DNA of 64,000 nt from Diplonema japonicum (Eukaryota; Protista; Euglenozoa: Diplonemea). The DNA is taken from positions 1-64,000 of the forward strand of contig OZ025743.1 of NCBI GenBank assembly GCA_964019335.1. Reading direction: 5' to 3'. The translations under genes were made by a program, and so were the position numbers. The notes under the pieces are model-generated. The model saw only the letters and a list, made by a program, of their open reading frames with translations, did not search any database and was not told where the DNA came from. Shown here piece after piece: positions 29,139-39,947 of this stretch (positions are counted from its first letter, which is position 1; each line of letters starts with the position of its first letter).

Positions 29139-32100
29139 TCACGTCACACTGTCGCTGAGAGCCTCGTTCGCATTAGCTTTACCTTCCGTGATGAGGATGC
29201 CCAATGCGTCAGTCTGTCCTGCCTCTGTTGCCACGTGACACGGAGTAATACCGCCATTGGTGGCCTTGTTCACATCTGCTTGTCCTTCAGTGATGAGGAT
29301 ACGTAATGCATCGGTGCTTCCCTTCTGAGCTGCAATGAAACACGGGGTAGCACCGTCGTTGTCGGCCTTGTTCACATCTGCTTGTCCTTCAGTGATGAGG
29401 ATACGCAATGCGTCGGTGTGTCCACATTCAGCCGCCATGTAACACGGGGTCTTTCCCAAGTCGTTGTCGGCCTTGTTCACATCTGCTTGTCCTTCAGTGA
29501 TGAGGATACGCAATGCGTCGGTGTGTCCCTTCTGAGCTGCAACGTAACACGGGGTAGCACCATTGTTGCGAGCCTTGTTAACATCTGCTTTTCCTTCAGT
29601 GATGAGGATGCGTAAGACGTCAGCATGTCCGTTTTGAGCCGCCATGTAACACGGGGAACTATCGCTGTTCTTGGCCTTGTCCACATCTGCTTGTCCTTCA
29701 GTGATGAGGATGCGTAATGCGTCGGCTTGTCCGACCAAAGCCGCCACGGAACACGGAGTAGTGCCACCCTTGTTGGCCTTGTTCACATCTGCTCCTCCTT
29801 CAGTGATCAGAACGCGCAATGCGTCGGTGTGTCCCTTCTGAGCTGCAATGTAACACGGGGTAATACCGTCGTTCCTGGCCTTGTCCACATCTGCTTTTCC
29901 TTCAGTGATGAGGATGCGTAATACGTTGGCATGTCCGCCTTGAGCCGCCATGTAACACGGGGAACTACCGTTGTTCTTGGCCTTGTTCACATCTGCATTT
30001 CCTTTCGTAATGAGGAAGCGCAATGCGTCGGCTTGCCCGATCAAAGCCGCCACGGAACACGGAGTAGTACCGTTTTTGTTGGCCTTGTTTGCATCTGCTT
30101 GTCCTTCAGTGATGAGGACGCCCAATGCGTCGGTGTGTCCCCATTCAGCCGCCAGGTAACACGGGGTCTTTTCCAAGTCGTTGTCGGCCTTGTTCACATC
30201 GACTTCTCCTTCAGTGATGAGGACACGCAATGCTTCGGTGTGTCCATTGCGAGCCGCTTTCAAACACGGGGTAAGACCTTCCTTGTCAGCCTTGTTCGCA
30301 TCTGCCTTTCCTTCAGTGATGAGGATCCGCAAAGCGTCCACGCAGTCGTGTTCAGCGGCGACAGAGCACGCAGTGCTGCCAAACGCATCCACCGTATCCA
30401 CCGCCAGCCTCCCAGAGAGGAGGACATCCTTCAGAAGGTCAGCACGATTCCTTGCCGCCGCCGCATGAAGCACTGTCCACCCTTCCCGAGGTCCCTCTTC
30501 CTTGTGCACTCCCCAGAACCTGTCGCCAAGTGCCTCCACCACCTTGTCGAACACAGCCCGCTTGCAAGCACACGCAAGAAGCCCGACACCTGCTGTCCGC
30601 AGCTCGTCTCCTACGCCTCTGAGGTCAGCTCCCTTGCTCAGCAGCACCGCCGCACTGTTGTCATTGCTGCCGTTCTTGTTCACCCGCAACACTGCTGCGA
30701 GTGCGGCGTTGAGGACCTCAGAGTGACCTGTGGGTCCCAGGTTGGCACAGCACAGCGACACCACCTGCTCGTTGTGCTCCAACTCTGCAGCCACCTCCAG
30801 CAGTGTCTTCCCGTCCACAACAGGCATTCTCGTGCTGGGTGGGTAGTCTACCCAACTTCCTTCGCGTGTCACCGGATGGAGTTCAAAACGATTCTTAGCT
30901 AACATGACCTTCGTCTTGATCGTGTCGAGGAGCCGTGCATTGCGAACCTGCTCCACCTGTGTCATGACGTCGGCAAGCCTGCCCCAGTGATCGAAGTCCA
31001 TTTCCTGAAGCTCCACCACCACCACGCGACGCAGGCTTGTGTCCAGCGCCACCTCCAGCAGACGCATCACACCAACATCAGGGCGCCCCACCACCCGGAA
31101 CTGGGTGTTCGCTGCGATAAGAACCTCCTGTTCCTCGGGGAAGCGGCTGAACTGAGCGATGCTTCGACCCGTCTGCACTCGAAGAACGAGGATCGTCCCC
31201 TGAACCTCTTCGTCTCCACCATCACCCTTCCCAAGGAAGTCCTTCACCACCCCAGGATCCTCGCTTGCACTCGTGGGGTGAGGCATCGTCACCACCGCCC
31301 CCACAGAGTACAGCGACTCGCTCACCCGGAAGTCCATCGCACGGAACACGGTCCCCTCGTACTTCGGCTGCGACACCATTGCTCGGTGCAGGGAATAGGC
31401 GAAGTCCTTCATCGGCTCGTAGCGCTGTCGCTCCCCACGGAACGCCACCTCACGCATCGCCGCGTTCACCTCATAGCACAAGGGGCTCTCCAGCGTGTAC
31501 AGCCGAAGGTACGGCTCAGACTTCCCTTCCACCTGCTGCACCGCCCACTCCGCAGTCATCTTCTGGAACACCCCACCAGCAGCCCGTTGAGCCGCCTCCA
31601 GCTTCCCACACTTCGAGAGGTGCCGCTCCTTGCTCCCAGCGTTCAGAGCAGTCCCACACGCAGCGCACGTCACATACTTCTCGCACTCCGCCCCCATCGC
31701 AGCCTCCACAGTCGCCAGCATCGGCCTCGCACACGACGCACCACCCTCGAAGAACTCACTCCACCCTCGGTCCACGTCGATCTCACCGAGCCCGTCGCTG
31801 TACCGGCTCACCCCTCCCTTGCTCGCTGACACCACCCCTCCAGCCACCTTGAACGCCTTCACAGCCTTCTGCAGCTCTTTCCGTCCCTCCGACACCAGCG
31901 ATAACACGCAGTCCCCCACACCGCGTTCCTCGCTCCGTTTCAGGAGCTTCTGCATCACAGCAATCACGCTGTGGCACAGGGCGTCGTGCCACCTCCCCAG
32001 CGCCGCCTCCAGCTCCCTTCGTCTTGTCTCCATGGGCGTGCCGGCGGCGGTGGTGGTTGTGCTAGTTTTCGCACTGTTCTCCAACTGTCCACGCAGCTGC

Positions 32101-32201
32101 TCCACCGCTTCCCACGCTGTCCTCACAGCTCCCTCTCCTGCTGGAGGAGGCGACGACAGGGCCTTCGCAGCCTGCACACCAGATCCCGCTGTCGTTGTCA
32201 T
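29139..32201 (-). CDS. R-S-E type ADP-ribosyltransferase domain + C2HC finger + ~13 ankyrin repeats
   Basis: LYTLES..Y.VN..MR, VFRAM, TSAS, SRFPEEQEVL..NTQFRV; CAAC..HLSKC; tandem TPCY.AA..GH..ALRILITEG.ADVNKA. Start placed at MTTTAG. Confidence 0.85.
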   Translation of the reverse strand: MTTTAGSGVQAAKALSSPPPAGEGAVRTAWEAVEQLRGQLENSAKTSTTTTAAGTPMETRRRELEAALGRWHDALCHSVIAVMQKLLKRSEERGVGDCVLSLVSEGRKELQKAVKAFKVAGGVVSASKGGVSRYSDGLGEIDVDRGWSEFFEGGASCARPMLATVEAAMGAECEKYVTCAACGTALNAGSKERHLSKCGKLEAAQRAAGGVFQKMTAEWAVQQVEGKSEPYLRLYTLESPLCYEVNAAMREVAFRGERQRYEPMKDFAYSLHRAMVSQPKYEGTVFRAMDFRVSESLYSVGAVVTMPHPTSASEDPGVVKDFLGKGDGGDEEVQGTILVLRVQTGRSIAQFSRFPEEQEVLIAANTQFRVVGRPDVGVMRLLEVALDTSLRRVVVVELQEMDFDHWGRLADVMTQVEQVRNARLLDTIKTKVMLAKNRFELHPVTREGSWVDYPPSTRMPVVDGKTLLEVAAELEHNEQVVSLCCANLGPTGHSEVLNAALAAVLRVNKNGSNDNSAAVLLSKGADLRGVGDELRTAGVGLLACACKRAVFDKVVEALGDRFWGVHKEEGPREGWTVLHAAAARNRADLLKDVLLSGRLAVDTVDAFGSTACSVAAEHDCVDALRILITEGKADANKADKEGLTPCLKAARNGHTEALRVLITEGEVDVNKADNDLEKTPCYLAAEWGHTDALGVLITEGQADANKANKNGTTPCSVAALIGQADALRFLITKGNADVNKAKNNGSSPCYMAAQGGHANVLRILITEGKADVDKARNDGITPCYIAAQKGHTDALRVLITEGGADVNKANKGGTTPCSVAALVGQADALRILITEGQADVDKAKNSDSSPCYMAAQNGHADVLRILITEGKADVNKARNNGATPCYVAAQKGHTDALRILITEGQADVNKADNDLGKTPCYMAAECGHTDALRILITEGQADVNKADNDGATPCFIAAQKGSTDALRILITEGQADVNKATNGGITPCHVATEAGQTDALGILITEGKANANEALSDSVT

Positions 32202-32617
32202 GTTGCAATTCCGGTTTGCCTTTTTCAGTGGGAATTTTGTGTGATGTGTGTTATGAACATGTGAGCTTGAAAGAGAATAAAAAAGTGCATTTGGTTTTTT
32301 AGTTCGATTCATTCTTTTTTTGTTGGATATTGTATGAGTTCGTAAAAAAAATGTCAAAGGCGAGCAAGGTACCAAGGCACAGACACAGACGGACCTCTCA
32401 AACGGGGGTAACATGGTCTGCATTTGGCTTCTGCAAAAGAAAAAGATGATTTCAAATATCTTTCAAATGCGTACCTCGAATCAAAAAAAAAATAACTTCA
32501 AGACTTTGGCACCCTTTGCCTGTTCGTCCTTGCCAGGTAAAATCGGAAAAATCCAAAAATCAATACCCCCCCCCCCCCAAGGAGACCAAAATCTTTCAAT
32601 TTTATATCATCTTCCTC

Positions 32618-33158
32618 AGCAAAACCCTGGCTCAAGGACCACAGGCGGCTTCACACCCATGGACATCGCAGCAGAGAAGGGACAGCTGCAGGTGGTCAGG
32701 TATCTCACTGAAGTCTGCAAGGTTGACCCTGGGATGAAGGATGGGACAGGCACCACACACTTGCACAGGGCGGCAATGAACAACAAAGTTGATGTAATGA
32801 GGTATTTTGTCGAAGTTTGCAAGCAAGACCCGAGCGGTGAGGATGATGAGGGCTATGCTCACATTCACAGGGCGGCACTGGGTGGTCACGTGGAGGCCTT
32901 GAGGTACCTCATTGAGGTGTGCAAGATAGACCCTGCGACCGTGCTGTGTGTTGCAATCACTTGCATGTGGTCAAGCATCTTACTGAAGTCTGCAAGGTTG
33001 ACCTTGGTGGGATGAAGAACAGAAGAGGCTTGTTCTTGGCGGTAGCGACGAACCATGTTGATGTGATGAGGTATTTCATCGAAGAGTGCAAGCTTGACCC
33101 CAGCCTTGTGGATGATGACGGAACCTCCAAATCACAGCAGTGTATCAGAGACTCATAG
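32618..33158 (+). pseudogene. Ankyrin-repeat gene fragment with a frameshift near 32940
   Basis: TPMDIAAEKG, LHRAA..N, IHRAALGGH; repeats continue in another frame. Confidence 0.6.
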
Positions 33159-33535
33159 TTCTTCTCTTTTTTATTTTCCCTGGGGGTTGCTTGGTGTTTC
33201 TGAAAAGTCAAGAAAGGGGGAAAGAGACAATATTGAATAGGGGAGGGGGGTAAGAGGGATACAAATAAAAAGGGGGGGGGATAAATATTATTGCCCCACA
33301 TACGTAATGTAGAGATCTTCTTCTGCTTCTTATATTGACTTACTGTTCACAACACATTTCTTTGCACCGACGGAAAAAATTAAAAAAATAAAAAAAAATA
33401 ATAAAAAAATAAAAGAATTCCCTTCAAAGTCACGCGGCTAAGAAAAATCGTGCGACTACTCCTTTTTTCTTTTTCTTTTTTTGTTCTTCGTTTATGAATA
33501 TGGAACGCCATTAGCCCATGAGAGAATAGGTGTTC

Positions 33536-33585
<50 letters not shown>

Positions 33586-34673
33586 GTGCCAACAAGTAAT
33601 GACTTTACCATTGACTTTAACATGCTAAAATAGGTTCACAAAGAACAAGGGGCTAAAAGTTGAAAGAAAAAAAATCAATATAAAAAACAAAAAAACTAAA
33701 CATCAGGATTCGCGTTTTCGCGCTGCTCAGCGCTAAAAATAAGGGGGGTGGGAGATGGACACCTGTCTTTCCCCCCCCCCCCCCCCGGGGTGGGGCAACT
33801 GCGTTCTAATGCTTTTTTTTTTCGTTTTTCTTTTTTTTATTCCCCGTTTTAAAAAAAAAATAAAGGAACTTAGAATACAAGAAGGAAAAAAAAAAAAAAA
33901 AAAAAGAATAAGAAGAAAAAAAAAAAAAAAAAAAAAACGCCACCGCTCTCCTTTCCCCCTCATCTGATTCAAAGGCCAAAAGCAGTCCAACTTGAGGTGC
34001 CAGATTTAAAAGGAAACAAAAAAGGGGGTGATTGTTTTTTAAAAAAAAAAAGAAGAAAAAAAAAAAACTAAACAGAAAGTGCGTGTGGGGTTACGTCAAG
34101 AGCCAGGAATAAAAAAAAAAAAAAAAAAAAAAAAAGTGGTGTGAAATACGTAAAAGAGAGGGTGGGAGGGGGGAGGGGGGAATGGGACGGATGAAAGAGG
34201 GGAGGCATCACAAAGTAACTTTCTTTTCTTTTTCTTTTAACTCTCTTTTTTCTTTCTTCATCTTTGTTTTCCTCCCCACCCTAAAGGCAAGGAAGGATAG
34301 GGTTTGACGCACACAGGTTAACGGCTTGTGGGGAAAGAGGGGGTGGGGCTCAACATGAACCATTCCTGGCAACAGAGGTAAAGACGAAGATTTCTTTTTT
34401 CTTTTGTGCAACTGCTTACTATAAAAGGGGAAGGGGGAAACATCCAAAGAAAAAAAGATGACAGGGCCATTCGTCTATTTCCTTCTGGCAAAAAAAAAGA
34501 AAAAGAAAAAGAAAAGAAAATCACTATGATAGGAACGAAGTGGTTAGCAACGGTCCGCAAAAAAAAAAAGGTTTACAGTGTTGTCCCTCCACCCACCCAC
34601 CCAAGCTTTCCAAACTAAATTGAAAAACGAAAAAAAAAAAAAGAAAAAGGGAACGAACCACACACTACAAACG

Positions 34674-37600
34674 TTAAGGGGCAGCACCTCGTGGAGGGGT
34701 AATGTTGGGTTTTCTCAATACAGGGGGTGAAAAAGACACAGCGCTCGGAGTAGGATAGCCCAGACTGAGTTGTGTGGATCCGGATAAAGGAGAAGCTGAC
34801 GAAGAGACCGAGCCCACGCGCATTGACATAACGGTGCTGAACCAGGTTGTCCAGGAGTCCCTGTCGGGGGTGCTTTGCAGCTCAAATTCCCATGTTTCGC
34901 CCTGCTGACCCATCAGTGTCATGCCCAGCCCCCCATCGTTTTTCACACTGCACCCACGAAGCCCTATCACTTCCACCGTCTTCAGCACACCGTTGTCGAG
35001 CTTGCTTACTGTGATGGTCTCCTCGGGATCGCTCCCCACGCACCACCTCTTTTTATTCTTCACCCGCTCGCCGCTGCGCTCCCGCACGTAGCACCACATC
35101 TTCGGTGCGGTCTTGAACAACGTCCCATTAGACACGGGAAGTGGGGAGCAAGACGGCGACGCTGTTGCAGGTGTTGTTGATGCCTTCGACAGTATGTTGA
35201 TACTCGGCTGGGAAAACCACACAGGCGACTGCGGCAACGGGCTCGGCACAACAGGAGACGGGGACAACGACGTGCTCGGTAAACTGAGGACACTGCGGAC
35301 ACTGGAGGCAAGCGGGTACAGCGGCACGACACCGGACATGACAGGCGTCGCAGACAACGGGGAATGCGACACACCAGAAGGAGAGATGGGTGATGAAGGG
35401 ACGGACAAGCTCGGCACATAAGGCACAGCTGCTTGAAGGATAGTGGGTGACGTAATATCTACAGGGTAAAACGGCAGCAGCGACGACGGGGACGGCACTG
35501 CAGCAGGCATCGTCTGAGGAGCGGGTACCGCCTGCTCGATGGACTGTTCTATAAGCCTGAACGTGCCTTTTCCTTTCTTCTTGACACCTTCTCTGGCGGC
35601 CTGCAGGTCTTCCTTCGACTTAATGGGTGTGCCATCCACATCAGTGAGCACCATGCCCGGGGTCACGCCCAGCTCATGTGCCACGCTGCCTGGCGTCACG
35701 GTTTTGACCCACACCTCCTTCTCTTCGCCTTCCCATGAGATACCTGTCTTGTTGGTTGCAAACACAAAGAAGTCGCCATGTCTGCTGCACCCAGCACGTC
35801 TCTTCGGTGACAATGGTGAGCCTGGCGATGCCGACAACGATGGTGAAGGCGGCGGACGGGGCGATCCAGGAAGAACGATTAACGGTACAAGCGGTGCCAG
35901 AGCCTTCTGAGGTGCGGTATCTCTCCGCTCGCCAGTCGCTTTGGGTTGCTCTTCGTCGTTCAAGCTTTCTTCCATTTTCTCGACTGCCTTGTTGAGAGCA
36001 CCTGTGCGCAGCCCGTTCATCAGTGCTTGTTTCGCAGCGAACGACCTCTTGGCTGCCAGTTTCGGGGCTGGCTTAGGTTTTGGCTTTGGAACTTCATCTT
36101 TACCAGGCAGCTTGCCAAAGATCTTGAGCCCTGTGTCGGGACCTGCCAGGTGCTTGTATTTATTGCATTCTTCGAGCTGCCTTTTGTACGACATTCTGGT
36201 CCACGTGGTGAGCCCCACGATGTCCTTGGCGTTGTTGATGACGCTGTATGGCAGCGCGAAGACCTCTTTCTGCGCCTGTGCCTCGCTCATCCCACCGGAC
36301 CCCATCAGAATCCTCCGGCGATGCTCGGGAGTCATTGTCTTCCATTCATCACCGAATTTTTTCTTTGCCTGCGCAATGGTCATGGGCTCGCCAACTGGTA
36401 CTGGATCCGGCTCCTGTTCGCTTGGGCTGTCCATCTCGGGATCTGTTTCAGGAGGGTCTACATGGATCTCAGGAGGCTCTTCTTCGTACACGTCCCAAGG
36501 GGCGAGGAATTCCCTCTTTTCCACCTGGTCGGACTTGTAATCCACTTCAGTGTTCTCGACGTCGAGCCGCTTCCTTGTTCTGCTGCGCACCACGTCCGTG
36601 GCCCCACTGACGCTGAGAAGCACTTTTGTTTTATTCCGAAGTTTCTGTGTTTGGTTTTCCTATTTCCTTCCCCCCAAAAAATACCTTCCACAATCCCACT
36701 CCTTCGCCTTCCCTGTCTTCCCCTTCTGCCGTCTGCGTCACCATCGGGTACGTCACCTGCTTCGGTTGGAAGTACTCTTCGTAGAGATCGTACGCGACGT
36801 CGGCGCACATAGCATGCCCGAGCTGTGTGTCGCGTGTCCTGATCTTCCCTTCAAGGCTGTCCTTGTAGACAGTGCGGCCTGTTTCATCCACAGCGGACTC
36901 CCACACAATGCAGGATGGGAACTCGCGGAAGGCAAGCTTCTGGGTGGTCACTGAGCAGTAGCACTTGTTCTTCTTGTCGTCCAGCTTCCCGTTCGTGGGT
37001 TTGTTCTTGCCCTTGGGCGAGCCAGACAGAACAAGCGTCGCCTCCCGCCAGACGGCCATCTCGGCTAGGTCACGGTCAACTGATGGGATGGCTTTCACGT
37101 ACTGCAGCCAGCGTAGCCAAGAGTCGCGTTGTTCGACATTATCTGCTATCAATGTGTACGCCAAGGGGCTTGTGGTGTGTGTGATGCTGAGTGTGTTTGA
37201 CCATTGCTTTGCGACGATGAACTCGTACTCGTTCAAGGAGAGGGTCAGCTTGTCCACGGACTTCATCCCAAGCATCTTTCCGTAAACGTGGAGCTTTGTC
37301 CCCTCGGGTTGGGGTTTGATCAACGCCTTTACGCGGCGCGAGGTGGGCTTCTCAACGTCGTCGTGCTCGCTCCACCATAGCACCTCCTTCGTGGGTGTGG
37401 TCTGCTTGTCGATGGTGCAGCATGGTGTGATGACCTCCCTGTCGTCGTCCCCCGTGAACTGGTGGGTTAGAAATGTTTTGGTGTAGTCGCGAACATGCTT
37501 CATGTCGATGGGCTTCGGAACCTTTAGCTGCGAAAACACTTCCTTCCCCATTTTTTCCGTCTCTTGGAGGATTAGGTAGTCCTCGAACCATTCTTTCCAT

Positions 37601-38082
37601 TCGTCACGGACCTTTGTCGTCCCGCAGCAGAACTCGCCGTAGAGGCCGGACCCAGAGAGGGTGAAGATCACGTGCCCCCATCGAAATTCTTCGCATTCTG
37701 GTTCGGGTCCGTCTTCTGTGATCTCTTTTTCGTCGAGGTACACCTTAGGGGATCCGTTGGGGCTGCGGATAGGAAATCGCCGGGCTTCGTTTTCCTTGAG
37801 AAATTTTTTATCGACGGAGGACAGCTGCCGGAGTGGTATCTCCTTTAGAACAGCCTTGTCCTCTTCATTACGGTAGATCCTTAGGTATCCCTCTCGTTCG
37901 TCTCGTGGGGCGTCTTGTTCCAAATTGACCTCTATGGTGATGAACCTTGGGACCCATCGATTGTCCTTTTTGTTCCACCACTGCCCGTCGCCTGTTCTTA
38001 CGTAGAACCACCTCTGCTTCCGTATAACGCAGTTGTTCCCCCATAGCCTGTTGGACGCGAGCACTGACTCTCCATCTATCAT
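34674..38082 (-). CDS. Multi-PH-domain protein with a PDZ domain; one 40-nt intron (36645-36684)
   Basis: PH C-terminal helices (RDEWKEWF, RDSWLRWL, RDSWTTWF); PDZ GIS..VKTVTPGSVA.ELGV.PGM.L..VDG. Removing GTATTT..ACACAG joins the two ORFs in frame. Confidence 0.75.
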
Positions 38083-38233
38083 ACTGCTTTTTTTTTTTTT
38101 TTTCTTTTCTTTTTTTCCCTCCTCGAATTTACCCGCTTCGCTTAAGAGCCACTATCCGGGTTATCATGCTAATTGATGTCTTCTTTGTCTGTTCGGTGTT
38201 TTTTTCTTCTTTTTTTTGTTCGTCTACGCGTCT

Positions 38234-38264
<31 letters not shown>

Positions 38265-38494
38265 CTTCCCTGTCAGATAATTTGTCGTGGCGGGGGAAAG
38301 GGAGAAAAAAAAAAAAAAAAAAAAAAAAAAGAAAAAAACGGCAGCACGGGGGGTGAAGCTGGAGCAGAAAAGGGACTTACAACAAAAAAAAAAAAAAAAA
38401 AAAAGAAGAAGAAAAAAATACGTGGTCGGAGGGCAACAAAAAGAAATAGAAAAAAAAAATCTGACATGCCAAGGCACCTACCGATAGAAGAAGA

Positions 38495-38535
<41 letters not shown>

Positions 38536-38656
38536 ACTTCAAAGAAGAAAAAAAAGAAAACACTACAAAAAAAAAGGGGGGAAATCACTGGCTGAACGCA
38601 TCCTTGTATTTGCCGTGGTTCACCTGTTTTTTTTTTTTTTTTTTGATTTCCCTCAT

Positions 38657-39181
38657 TCATACCTGGCCCATCATTTCCCTCCACTGAATAATGGTGAGGC
38701 CGGTGCTGTTGCCCTCGTCGTCAGTGCCAATAGGCTGGCCAGGTGCGCTGTTCAGAATCTCCTGAAACTTTGAGAGTTCGACCTTCTCATTGATCGCGAC
38801 GGCAACGTTGGCGATATCCTGGGCACAGATGTACTCCTTTGTCCTTCCGTCTTCGTTCTTTCCGGCGAATGCCGCGAAAGCAGCTGCGATCTCCTCCCTG
38901 CTGTCTGCCTTGTAGCTCTTCTTCCTCATCATCACTTTGAACTCATCCCACTCAATCTTCCCGGACATGTCCACATCCACCTCATGTATCTGATGTTTTT
39001 TGTTAGGTTGGAAAAAAAAAAAAAAAAAAAATACCATTCTTTTCAGGTCATCCTCCTCCATCTTCCCAAAACCCAGCGCTTCCATCACCAAGCCAAGCTC
39101 CTCAGTGTCGATCGACTCGTCACCACTCGCATCAAACAGATCAAAGACCTCCCTCAGCTGCGTGTCTGTCAGAGCTGCCAT
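38657..39181 (-). CDS. Centrin/caltractin-like EF-hand protein; 45-nt intron (38990-39034)
   Basis: LREVFDLFD.SG..SID.EEL...M.ALGF; KRM|IHEVDVDMSGKIEWDEF after removing the intron (GT..CTAAC..CAG). Confidence 0.85.
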   Translation of the reverse strand: MAALTDTQLREVFDLFDASGDESIDTEELGLVMEALGFGKMEEDDLKRMVFFFFFFFQPNKKHQIHEVDVDMSGKIEWDEFKVMMRKKSYKADSREEIAAAFAAFAGKNEDGRTKEYICAQDIANVAVAINEKVELSKFQEILNSAPGQPIGTDDEGNSTGLTIIQWREMMGQV

Positions 39182-39468
39182 TTTTTTTTTTTTTTTTACT
39201 TTCTCTTTTCTTTTTGTTTGCTTCTGGGGGGGGGGGGGGGGGGTGTATGGTTTACAACAAAAATAACTTAACACTCCCTTCTGGGGGGTTTTTTTTTTCT
39301 AATAATGTTTAGAAACCCCCCCCCCCCCCAGGGAAACGCGTTTCCAGCTTTTCTTTTTTTTGAAAATAAGGAAACGGAAACGTTTCCTTATTTTAGGCCG
39401 TTTCTTTAAGAAGGGAACACGTTTCCCTCTCACCCCCCCCGCTCCAGCAAAATATCTTTTCAAAAAAA

Positions 39469-39500
<32 letters not shown>

Positions 39501-39906
39501 AAAAAAAAACTGCACTCCTTTATTGTTGTTGTTGTTATTATTATTTTTTTTTTCTTTACATAAACCTTGTCCACGGTCACAACATATTCCCCCCCTTTTT
39601 TTTTCTTTTTAAGCACCACCCTAAAAACGGGATTTTATGCGGTGATAAAAGAGAGGGAGGCACAAAAAAAAAAAAAAAAAAAAGATGTCTTTGAAGGGAA
39701 CCTGCAGTATGTGACAGGATCGCCTAAAAAAAAAAAAGCTATTTATCACAAACAGGGGAGGGAGGACGCTTGGACATTTGGAAATGCAAGAGGCTAGGGG
39801 TAAAACGGGGGTAGATACAAGTAAAAGGAAGTCACGCCGCTGCGAGGTCAATGCCCCTCCCTGAGGTCCTCTCCTATGAAGGGTGGGGCAGCCTGGCTTG
39901 GACGGG

Positions 39907-39945
<39 letters not shown>

Positions 39946-39947
39946 TT

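Noticed and set aside
29200-30330. Regular ~100-bp repeats as a CRISPR-like array
   Set aside because: They are in-frame ankyrin coding repeats without unique spacers, in a eukaryotic context.
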